A program made the translations under genes and the position numbers. A stretch of DNA of 35,625 bases from Verrucomicrobiota bacterium (lineage in GTDB: Bacteria > Verrucomicrobiota > Verrucomicrobiia > Chthoniobacterales > UBA10450), in NCBI GenBank assembly GCA_046731655.1, contig JBKPLM010000056.1:1-35625 (forward strand), in the 5' to 3' direction. This document shows, in pieces, positions 15,741 to 24,500 of this stretch. The first letter of the stretch is position 1, and each line of letters opens with the position of its first letter. The notes below the pieces were generated by a model. The model saw only the letters and a list, made by a program, of their open reading frames with translations, was not told where the DNA came from and searched no databases.

Positions 15741-17015
15741 TCAAAGCTCGTCGCGCAGGATTTTGAAAACAGCTGTGCTGTCGACTACGCCTTGTAGTGT
15801 GTCTGTTCCGGGACCATTGCCAAACGCGACGACGTCTTCAACGGTCACCAGGGCGGATTTCGTGTAAAAGGCCGCCGGCTCCGCCTGATCCGTCTGCGGT
15901 TGTCTGCTCTGATTTTCGTCTTGTTTACCTGGTATTTTCGCTGCTCCGTACGATTTATCGCCATTTGGACCTGTCGCCCAGGTAATCCAGGGCTGGCCGG
16001 CAGAATTAAAGCCTAAGAGGGCGATGCCGCTATCTTTGCGAAACGGAAATCCATTCAGGTTTAATCCGCCGATCGCCACATCGCCGCAAACTATGATGGT
16101 TGATTTTTCTCCGCCGTAACTTCGCGCAATGCCAACTGCACGGTCTAGTTCGACCGTTTGGCCCAAGGTCCTCTCCCCGTTGTTTTCCTGCGCTGCCTTT
16201 CGCATTAGCCCTGCATCAACCACCAGTAAATACCCGCCAACGTTGTACTGGAGCAATTGGATTGCTCGCCGCACCATGTCCGAAAGGCTTGGCTGCTGAC
16301 TTCTTTCTTCCACCTGGTTCACGAATGCGAGATCTTCTTTACTAAAAACGCCGACCAGTTTTGGACGGCGCCAGGCGGGAACCGCGTCGAGTTCGGCTCG
16401 GGTTCGAACAATATCAAAACCGTTGCCACGGAGCTCGAGTAGGAGGTCGCGATTGTCCTGTCTCTCCCCGGCCTTCGTGGCCGGAAGAAATTGCGCCGCG
16501 CCGCCACCCATCGCTATGTCGACATTTCCCCGATCCACAAACTCGGTTGCAATCTTCTCGGCATCGCTCGACTCGGCGGGATGTGCGTAAAAGGCCGCGC
16601 TCGTCGGATCGGTGAGCTTCGTGTCCGTTATGAGTCCTGTGGCCCGTCCGTATTCCCGTGCTAATTCAACGATGCTCTTGATCGCCTTCCCGTCGGTATT
16701 GATCGCGACGGCGCGATTCGCCACTCTCTCACCAGTCGCAATTGCAGTCGCAGCGGCCGCCTGGTCCGGAGCGGCGAAATCCTTTGAATAATTCATCACC
16801 AAAGCTGCATGAGCCATCGAATCCAGATTCAGGCGTGCGGCGGCGCCAGCGGCATAGGCGCGCGTTGGGGCAAGCCGGCCAGGGGAAAGGCCTTCTCCAA
16901 CAAACAAAATAATTCCGAAAGGCTTCCGGATGACCCAGTGCTGAAAATAAAGGACACCAATTCCAGCAAAGGCGAGGAGACAAAAAAGTGCCAGCAACTG
17001 GTTACGCCACTTCAT
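15741..17015 (-). CDS. Alkaline-phosphatase-family protein with N-terminal membrane anchor and degenerate active site
   Basis: It is collinear with E. coli PhoA blocks: IILFVGEGLS (vs IILLIGDGMG), APDQAAAATAIATGERV (vs VTDSAASATAWSTGVKT), TDPTSAAFYAH (vs QDATPAALVAH), DIAMGGGAAQF, LLVVDAGLMRKAAQEN (vs FLQVEGASIDKQDHAAN) and TIIVCGDVAIGG (vs LVIVTADHAHAS). The N-terminus MKWRNQLLALFCLLAFAGIGVLYF looks like a signal anchor. Confidence 0.75.
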   Translation of the reverse strand: MKWRNQLLALFCLLAFAGIGVLYFQHWVIRKPFGIILFVGEGLSPGRLAPTRAYAAGAAARLNLDSMAHAALVMNYSKDFAAPDQAAAATAIATGERVANRAVAINTDGKAIKSIVELAREYGRATGLITDTKLTDPTSAAFYAHPAESSDAEKIATEFVDRGNVDIAMGGGAAQFLPATKAGERQDNRDLLLELRGNGFDIVRTRAELDAVPAWRRPKLVGVFSKEDLAFVNQVEERSQQPSLSDMVRRAIQLLQYNVGGYLLVVDAGLMRKAAQENNGERTLGQTVELDRAVGIARSYGGEKSTIIVCGDVAIGGLNLNGFPFRKDSGIALLGFNSAGQPWITWATGPNGDKSYGAAKIPGKQDENQSRQPQTDQAEPAAFYTKSALVTVEDVVAFGNGPGTDTLQGVVDSTAVFKILRDEL

Positions 17016-17086
17016 TGCGTTTCAATGTAGCGTATGCGTCCTCGCTTGCGCTGGGAAAATGGCAAGCCGAGGCAGGCGCGCCACTC

Positions 17087-17188
17087 GATGCTTGATGCTG
17101 GATACTGGATACCAGATGAAGGACGCGAAATGGTTCGCGTTATCGCGATTTGAATCCAGTCTCGAATATCCAGAATCCAGTATCGTTA
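17087..17188. repeat. Inverted pair of 5x7-bp tandem arrays (CTGGAT heptamers) in the divergent phosphatase-like/gpmI intergenic region
   Basis: Left array: gatgctt/gatgctg/gatactg/gatacca/gatgaag (17087-17121). Right array: atccagt/ctcgaat/atccaga/atccagt/atcgtta (17154-17188). ctggatactggata (17098-17111) matches the reverse complement of tatccagaatccag (17167-17180) at 13/14 positions. The spacer holds the small palindrome cgcgaaatggttcgcg. Confidence 0.8.
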
Positions 17189-17247
17189 CGTCTGTAACAA
17201 AGAACCCGCTTGTCGATCATCTCATTCATCTGCAAAGTGCGCGACGT

Positions 17248-18780
17248 ATGGCTGGTCCAGTGATGCTAATCATTTGCGATGGTTGGGGCATTAATCCGGG
17301 CGGCAAGGACAAGCGCAACGAAAATGGCGATGCAACCCTTCTCGCGTCGACTCCATTCCATGACACGCTTTACCGGGATTATCCAGGCTCCAAATTAAGC
17401 GCAAGCGGAGGCGAAGTTGGTCTGCCGGAAGGCCAAATGGGCAACTCGGAAGTTGGCCATCTTAATCTGGGAGCTGGCAGGATCGTTTACCAGGACCTGA
17501 CTCGAATTAACAAGGCAATTAAAGAGGGCGAACTCACGCGTAACCGAGTTTTACAGGAAACTTTTGCCAAGGCGCGGGGCCACCGGCTTCATTTGCTCGG
17601 CCTGGTTTCAGACGGTGGTGTGCACAGTCATTATTCGCACATGATCGCGCTTGCGAACGCGGCGCACGACGCAGGCGTCGCGGAGATTTTCGTCCACGCT
17701 TTCACTGATGGCCGGGACACGTCACCGACCGGCGGCGCCGCTTATCTAAAAACTTGTGAGAAAGAACTCAAAAAAAGCGGCGGGCAAATTGTTACGGTGG
17801 TAGGCCGTTATTTTGCGATGGATCGCGATCGGCGTTGGGACCGTACCAAAAAAGCGTGGGACGCGGTTGTCCTCGGTCGCGGCGAAATCTGCAAATCGTC
17901 CCCCTCGGCGGCCGTGGACCAGCAATACAAGAACGGCAAAACGGACGAGTTCTTGCCGCCATTGATTTTTTCTTACGCAAATGAGCAACGGGTGCGTGAT
18001 GACGACGTGGTTTTATTTTTCAATTTTCGCGCCGATCGCGCCCGGCAATTATCACAGGCATTTTTGCTGAAAGATTTCGACGGCTTTGACCGCGAGATTT
18101 GGCCGCAAGTGGAGTTTGTCACGCTAACGCAATATGATGTGACCTATTCTTCGCCGTTCGTTTTCGCGCCGGCGGAGCTAGCCGACATCTTGGGCGAAGT
18201 CGTCAGCGCAGCCGGCAAACGGCAATTGCGCATCGCCGAGACGGAAAAGTACGCGCACGTGACTTACTTTTTTAATGGCGGCGTCGAGAAACCGTTTCCG
18301 GGCGAAGATCGCAAACTGATCCCTTCACCAAAAGTTGCCACCTACGATTTGAAACCGGAGATGAGCGCATTTGAAGTCACCGACGCAGTGATCGCGCGAA
18401 TGGCGAACTACGATCTGATTATCCTCAACTTCGCCAACCCCGACATGGTCGGCCACACCGGCGTTGTCGAAGCGGGAATCAAGGCCGTAGAGACAGTGGA
18501 TAAATGCCTGACCCGAATTATTCCCAAACTTCTGGAGCTTGACGGCAAGGCCATCGTGACCGCCGACCACGGCAATTGCGAGCAGATGCGCAACGCTGAT
18601 GGTTCAGCCAATACTGCGCACACCAGCAACCTTGTGCATTTTATCTACGTGGCCAACGATGCTGCACGATTTCGGTGCGAAGACGGGATGCTGGCCGATG
18701 TGGCGCCAACTCTTTTGTTTTTGCTTGGGCTGCCGCAACCAAAGGCGATGACCGGGCACAATTTGCTGGTGCGTCAGTAG
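17248..18780 (+). CDS. gpmI: 2,3-bisphosphoglycerate-independent phosphoglycerate mutase
   Basis: From the ATG at 17248 the protein is 510 aa. Motifs: MAGPVMLIICDGWG, GQMGNSEVGHLNLGAGR, GLVSDGGVHSH, ANPDMVGHTG, TADHGNCE. The longer ORF from 17059 would translate the heptamer repeat element. Confidence 0.93.
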   Translation: MAGPVMLIICDGWGINPGGKDKRNENGDATLLASTPFHDTLYRDYPGSKLSASGGEVGLPEGQMGNSEVGHLNLGAGRIVYQDLTRINKAIKEGELTRNRVLQETFAKARGHRLHLLGLVSDGGVHSHYSHMIALANAAHDAGVAEIFVHAFTDGRDTSPTGGAAYLKTCEKELKKSGGQIVTVVGRYFAMDRDRRWDRTKKAWDAVVLGRGEICKSSPSAAVDQQYKNGKTDEFLPPLIFSYANEQRVRDDDVVLFFNFRADRARQLSQAFLLKDFDGFDREIWPQVEFVTLTQYDVTYSSPFVFAPAELADILGEVVSAAGKRQLRIAETEKYAHVTYFFNGGVEKPFPGEDRKLIPSPKVATYDLKPEMSAFEVTDAVIARMANYDLIILNFANPDMVGHTGVVEAGIKAVETVDKCLTRIIPKLLELDGKAIVTADHGNCEQMRNADGSANTAHTSNLVHFIYVANDAARFRCEDGMLADVAPTLLFLLGLPQPKAMTGHNLLVRQ

Positions 18781-18862
18781 GGCGCGTCGCCCGTGCGCGC
18801 CGTGATTGACGTGCCAACGTTCGCGGTGTGCAGAGGACAGCCCGCCCTACCGAAACGCGCAC

Positions 18863-19591
18863 TTAACAGGATCGGCAACGTTCTGCTACAACGTCGTCGA
18901 ATGTGATTTCCAATTTTCGATTAATCACTCGTGTTCCGGCCATGGCGATTCGGTGCAACAGCCGAATCTGATACTCGGCTGTTGTTTCGTGCCAGATTGG
19001 TTTGCGATCGAGCGTAAGCGTACCGTCGTCCTCTACAAGAGCGCCCCAGCCGACGGGAATCTCCGAATCGCGGAATAACTCTCCAGGCAGAACAAGGAAA
19101 TACAAATTTGCGCAACGGTAGCGAAGTAACTTGTCGAACTTGGTGCAGTCATACAGGCGATTTTGCAGGGCATGCAGATCCCGCAAAAGCCGCGCGTAAC
19201 CGCGATGGCCGATCACAGAGAAGTCGGGCACATCGAATTCGGGAAATAGGGAATCGCCGTTCCGCAGGTTAGGATAATGTCCGCGGAGGCGCCTTTCGAG
19301 AAGCTGTCGGCGTTGGGAAATTGTTTCGAATCGCTGGTGGGCGGCGTCGCTCTGGCAATTATCCCGCCGCAAATCGCAGAGCGCTTGTTTACACTCAAAG
19401 ATCGCCGTCGATCCAATTTTCTTAGGCGCGAATCGATACGCGGCGACGTCAGCACGATAGCGGCAGTTTGGCAGACTCACTTCCATAGCGCACGCGGAAT
19501 ATCCATGGGCTTGCGCCCAAAGGAATGCCAGCCGCTTCAACCGGGTGTGTCTCTCAGTTTCGCCGCCAGCGCGTTTCACTGCTGCAGCCAT
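18863..19591 (-). CDS. MmcB-like PD-(D/E)xK nuclease-fold protein
   Basis: The core RYRADVAAYRF...STAIFECKQALCDLRRD matches a D...E-x-K nuclease pattern. A C-terminal block reads CANLYFLVLPGELFRDSEIPVGWGALVEDDG. As I recall them, these correspond to the two conserved blocks of the MmcB DNA-repair family, here separated by an extra segment of about 70 aa. The ATG at 19591 overlaps the hemB stop by 16 nt. Confidence 0.5.
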   Translation of the reverse strand: MAAAVKRAGGETERHTRLKRLAFLWAQAHGYSACAMEVSLPNCRYRADVAAYRFAPKKIGSTAIFECKQALCDLRRDNCQSDAAHQRFETISQRRQLLERRLRGHYPNLRNGDSLFPEFDVPDFSVIGHRGYARLLRDLHALQNRLYDCTKFDKLLRYRCANLYFLVLPGELFRDSEIPVGWGALVEDDGTLTLDRKPIWHETTAEYQIRLLHRIAMAGTRVINRKLEITFDDVVAERCRSC

Positions 19592-20562
19592 CTCGCGAGG
19601 TCGTTTGCCCAGTAGGTGACAATAATATCCGCTCCCGCTCGCTTGAGAGCAGTCATGGTCTCAATTACGGCATCGCGCTCGTTCAAAAATCCTTTCTCGA
19701 CCGCGGACTTGACCATCGCATACTCGCCACTCACATGGTAAACGGCGGTCGGTCTTCGAAATCGCTCGCGCACTTGCCACAAAATGTCCATGTAGGGCAA
19801 GGCAGGTTTTACCATCACAATGTCCGCTCCTTCTTCGACATCCAGTGCTACCTCACGCAAAGCTTCATTGGCGTTGGCAAAATCCATCTGGTAAGAGCGC
19901 CGATCGCCAAACTGCGGCGGGCTCTCAGCAGCCTCACGGAACGGCCCGTAGAAAGCCGATGCGAATTTGGCCGCGTAACTCATAATCGCAGTTTGATCGA
20001 ATCCTCCGGCATCGAGCGCCGCACGAATCGCACCAACGCGGCCATCCATCATGTCGCTCGGCGCCACGATATCTGCACCAGCTGCGGCGTGAGAGAGCGC
20101 TGTCCTTACTAACAACTCGACAGTCTCGTCGTTGAGAACGTGGAAATGATCTCCGTCGATACGCGTCACACCGCAATGCCCGTGACTCATGTACTCACAC
20201 AAGCAGACATCGGTGATGGTGATAAGGTCTGGACATTTTGATCTTATCGCCTTCAGCGCTTTTTGGACGATTCCGTTTTCGGCGTAGGCGCCGCTGGCCT
20301 GTTCGTCTTTCTGTTCTGGAATCCCGAAAAGCAGAACGGCTTGGAGTCCCAGGTCCTGAGCGGCAAGCGCTTCATCGGCAACTTCCTTGACAGATAATTG
20401 AAAAACGCCGGGCATACTGGCGATCGGTCGGCGCTGCTGCACTTTTTCACTTACAAACAGCGGTAAAACAAAATCGTGAACGCTCAAATGTGTCTCGCGC
20501 ACGAGGTTTCGCAGAGCGGGCGAACGCCGCAACCGGCGCGGGCGATGCACGAGTTTTTTCAC
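19576..20562 (-). CDS. hemB: Porphobilinogen synthase (delta-aminolevulinate dehydratase), Zn-type
   Basis: Motifs: RPRRLRRSPALRNLVRETHLSVHDFVLPLFV, DVCLCEYMSHGHCG (Cys-rich Zn site), IVAPSDMMDGRVGAIR, MSYAAKFASAFYGPFREAA, VKPALPYMDI, YHVSGEYAM. Length 328 aa. Confidence 0.95.
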   Translation of the reverse strand: MKKLVHRPRRLRRSPALRNLVRETHLSVHDFVLPLFVSEKVQQRRPIASMPGVFQLSVKEVADEALAAQDLGLQAVLLFGIPEQKDEQASGAYAENGIVQKALKAIRSKCPDLITITDVCLCEYMSHGHCGVTRIDGDHFHVLNDETVELLVRTALSHAAAGADIVAPSDMMDGRVGAIRAALDAGGFDQTAIMSYAAKFASAFYGPFREAAESPPQFGDRRSYQMDFANANEALREVALDVEEGADIVMVKPALPYMDILWQVRERFRRPTAVYHVSGEYAMVKSAVEKGFLNERDAVIETMTALKRAGADIIVTYWANDLARWLQQ

Positions 20563-20661
20563 AACGCGACGCTACGCGGTGCGAAAGTGAGTCGCAAGCA
20601 AGCAGGAACCAGATTACCAAAATCCCCACCTAAAATGGATCGGCCAGGCGCTTGACGGCGC

Positions 20662-21435
20662 GTGACGTTAGGTGTCTGCATCTTGATCGTGGCGCGCGGC
20701 TCGGAATATTTATTAGTCGATATAAGCAATTCATACGCAAAATTTGCATTCGCATCGGCAAGGCGAGTCTTAGGCCCGACGCGGATCGCTACCAGCAAAC
20801 TTTCAAGTCGCGTGGTCGCACGATTTCTCGGGAAGCGAAATGTGGGGAAGATCGTCGTCTCTTCGGTGGTGCCCGCGAAGAACTCGGCAATTTTGAAAGC
20901 TGCGGCAAAAACGAACATACTCTGGCTGGATTGGAAGCTGAAGTTGGGCGTCAAGATTGATTATCCGAAGCCGCAATCAATTGGCGCAGATCGTTTGGCG
21001 AACGCTGCGGCGGTCACAGCGCTTTACGGCTTTCCTGCAATCGTGGTGGATTTCGGCACGGCGGTGACGTTTGATATAGTCTCCGAGCACCGGGCTTATA
21101 TTGGCGGCGTGATCGCGCCGGGCCTTGAAGCAATGACTAATTTTCTTTACCAGCGAACGGCACTCTTGCCCAAGCTTTCATTGAAAGAACCGCGATGCGC
21201 TATCGGTAAATCGACAATCCAGGCGATGTTGTCGGGAGCTGTGTTCGGCTATCGCGGATTGGTTCGCGAAATTCTGGTGCAAGTTAGAGCAGAGCACTTT
21301 TCGCATAAGAAGGTTCACGTCGTCGCGACCGGTGGCTACGCGCGACTGATCGCGCGACGATTACCGGAGATCGAGGTGGTTCATCCGAACCTTACTCTGG
21401 AAGGATTGCGGGTTGCGGCAAACCTTAATGACTGA
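20662..21435 (+). CDS. coaX: Type III pantothenate kinase
   Basis: Motifs: LLVDISNSYAKFAF, GADRLANAAAV, IVVDFGTAVTFD, IAPGLEAM, ATGGYA. The start is uncertain: GTG 20662 as listed, or the in-frame GTG at 20689, which gives the usual short N-terminus. Confidence 0.85.
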   Translation: MTLGVCILIVARGSEYLLVDISNSYAKFAFASARRVLGPTRIATSKLSSRVVARFLGKRNVGKIVVSSVVPAKNSAILKAAAKTNILWLDWKLKLGVKIDYPKPQSIGADRLANAAAVTALYGFPAIVVDFGTAVTFDIVSEHRAYIGGVIAPGLEAMTNFLYQRTALLPKLSLKEPRCAIGKSTIQAMLSGAVFGYRGLVREILVQVRAEHFSHKKVHVVATGGYARLIARRLPEIEVVHPNLTLEGLRVAANLND

Positions 21436-21568
21436 TTCACGGCCGTGCAGCGTAGCCGCGCCTCCCTATTTCTTGCGGTTGATTTTTCCGAAGCTAGCTG
21501 AAAAATCGACTCACTGAAGCAACTTTCCACTTGTCAGACGCACTGAATAGGGCTTCAATCGCTACTTC

Positions 21569-24500
21569 ATGAGAGTGTGGGGGATGGCGGCAGTCGCCGC
21601 GCTGGTGCTTAGGTTATTCGCCGCAGATTCGTTTGGAGCGGAAAATGTCGCCCCGACGAAAGCGGAACTGGAAGAAATGTACAACGCTGCGTACCGCGCG
21701 TTCGATTCTGGCAAATTCGCGGAAGCGCTAAAACAGCTTGATGCCATCGATATCCGCCAACCTGATCTTGCAGCGTCAAAGAACTTGCGCGGCGTGATCC
21801 TGATGCGCCAGGGCAACTACGATCAGGCGGAGGCAGCACTGCAGGACGCTGCCCGAATCGATCCCAAGTTTTGGAACGCGCGCTTCAACCTGGCGGAAAT
21901 TCCGTTTCTTAAGAAAGATTGGCCGGAAGCGCGGAATCGTTTCGAGCAACTTCTTTCCAACGGTGAATCCGATCTGGCGAAAGAAGCTTCGCAGCTGATC
22001 CAGTACAAAATTCTGCTCACGTACCTGCTGGAGGGGAAAGTCAACATGGTCGATTCTATTCAGGCCAAGTTGGAGCTTTCGCCCGATACGCCCGCCGTTG
22101 ATTACGTGAAGGCGGCCGTTGCGCTGCAACAAAAGAATCAAAAGGAAGCGAAAGATTGGATCAGTACCGCAGAGAAGAATTTTCCTCCGCAACTGAATAA
22201 GCTTTTCGTCGAATCACTTTACGAAGTCGGATGGCTTGAAAAGCCAGCCGGCCAAGCGCGGCCTTCGTTGCCGCTAATGACTGCCGCTGAGCGCTCGGAG
22301 AAGACGAAGGCGATTGCCCGCGCAAAATTTGAGCAGGCGCAGCAGGCGCTCCGGCAGCGCGATTTCACAGCAGCTCTTAAACTGGCCGATGAAGCGGATC
22401 AGGCAGATCCGAATCAGGCGGCGACAATTAATTTACGCGGCGAAATTCTGATGCAGCAGGAGCAGTTCGACCAGGCCGAAGCGGCATTTAAGAAGGCAGC
22501 CAAGCTGGATCCGAAACTTCGCGAAGCACAATACAATCTGGCACAAATTCCCTTTAAGAAGAAGGAATATGCAAAAGCGCGGGACCGCTTCGAGACCTTG
22601 TACAAGCGGACGCCCGGGGGTGATAAAAATCAGGCGGCCGAACTCATCAAATTCAAGATCTACATGACGCTTTTGCTCGAAGGAAAAGAGAGCCGCGCAC
22701 ACGCGATGATGGATGAGTTTCAATTTACCGGGGACACGCCCGCACTTTATTACGCCCAAGCGGCTTGGGAGTTTCAACATAACAATGCAGAGAAGGCCAC
22801 GGATTGGACTGCTTCGGCGAATAAGATTTATTCGTCGGCACTGAACAGCGTTTTTGCTGACGCTTTCTACGATGTTGGTTGGATGCAAAAGCCGGCGGCC
22901 GCGACCATGCCGACACCCGCCTTTGACACAGCCCAGGCTGAGGGCAGTCCGGCGGTCGAGCCGAGTCCTATTCCAGACAAGGTTTTTGCTGCTAATAGCC
23001 AAAGTGACACCTCGAAAAATGAAGGGCTGGCTTTGGGCTCAACAGTGAGTGCACCCGGTGCTGGACTGGATATCGCCGGCACTGGAAAGGCTGCGCAGAC
23101 TTCCATCTCTGCATCGAATGAGTCGGCATCGGGTACGGGCGCGCAGTCTGAGCAGCCGGCGTCGGCATTGCCCTCCAGTGGCAGCGAATCCACGACTGCA
23201 GCGGCGCCCGCTGAGTCACCGCAGACATCATCGCCCGCTCCCAAGGAACAGGGTGAACAGCCGGCTCTCGCTCAAACGAGCGCGAGCGCTTCCGCGAGTC
23301 CCGCCGTAGGAGTGAAGGCTGCCGAAGCTGCGCCGTCCGGCGTTCTCGCGAGAGGCAGAATGTGGCTTGTCGGCGGACTACTTTTAGCGGCGATAGTGAT
23401 ACTCGCCTGGGTGATCGTGCCTTCCCTTCGCCGTCGTTATGCCTTCAACCTGCCAAGCTACTCGCGGACAACCTCTGCCGCCGCACCTGCCTTGTTTAAG
23501 CCGAGAGCGGAGCCGGCATTGCCGCAAAAGAAGGCTGTACACGGCAACGGCTTTGTCGGAGGACCCCGTCAGATTTCGCTGCAACTAAAGGCATCGAAAC
23601 CGTCGTTGCGAGATACTGCCGTTCCTACGGGCAACTTGAGTCACAGAGTTGATCTGACCAAAGGCCGAAGCGCGAAGCCGTCACGAGACTCGGCCTTTCA
23701 GATGGAAGAGCCAATTCGCGAGGTATCGCTTATTGGATCCGAGGCTGAGGCTGAATCAGTCGTGGGGCCGATTGTCGAACAACCGGCAGAGAATGGAGAG
23801 AGCTTGCATACGGACATTCCGCAGACGCCTGAGATCGCCGGGGTTCCAGCGGTCAACGAATTGACCGAGGTCGCTGCGATCGCTCCGCGAACGACGGCTG
23901 AGATTCCCGAAAGCGTTGAGAAAACCACGTGGCCCACATATGAGGCGAGCGATATTTTCGATGACGCGAAGGAAACTGCATCGTTTTCTGAGCAGCCTGT
24001 TGAGATCCCGCGAGATGAAGAAGTCGCATTGCCTGCCGTGACAACGTCGACAGAATTTCCCGGGGAATCGATCAGCCTGGAGCCACCAGTGCCGGATCAA
24101 ACAGTTTCGCCTGTGATTGCTACCCCGGTGCTCGCAAGCGCTGCTACCTTCCCTGATTCACCAGGGGCCACTTCCGCAGAACCTGTATTTCCGCAAACAA
24201 CAACACCCGCAATCATGCCTGAAACAACTCAAACCCCAACCGCTCCTGTAAATAAAGCCCCGGCCCCGCCGATGGCCAAACCGCAACAACCACCTGCCGC
24301 GATGCAAACATCCGTGCAGCTCACTTTCTCGTTCGAGATCGCAGCCATGCAGTTGACACCCAGTTTTAAAATGGGCGCCCTCAAGGTGCGACCCATATCA
24401 AAGCTGGTCACGATGCGGTTGCCCTCGCCTCAGCAGCCTCAGTCGGCTCTGAATTTGCAGGTGAGCTTTGAAGTGGCAAAGATTCAGCCCACCGCAGGAG

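Noticed and set aside
17059-17247. N-terminal extensions offered by the maximal ORFs: gpmI from 17059, lptD from 31105, the ArnT-like gene from 12162, nuoH from 31094, nuoK from 32864 and A1 from 3786.
   Set aside because: The extensions translate repeat elements or Arg-rich non-coding-like sequence, or they overlap the neighbouring divergent gene. Internal starts give N-termini that match the expected family lengths and signal peptides.
15741-18780. The adjacency of two alkaline-phosphatase-superfamily genes (the degenerate PhoA-like gene and gpmI) as a functional pair.
   Set aside because: They are divergently transcribed and belong to distant branches of the superfamily. gpmI is a housekeeping glycolytic gene. 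The adjacency is most simply coincidence.
18781-18862. A GC-rich segment between the convergent gpmI and MmcB-like genes. It has a ggcgcg...cgcgcc stem and the string gcagaggacagcccgccctac, which reminded me of REP-like elements that generate Arg-rich spurious ORFs.
   Set aside because: There is only one copy in this window, the stem is short (6 bp) and no T-tract follows. I cannot demonstrate repetition or terminator function from this sequence alone.
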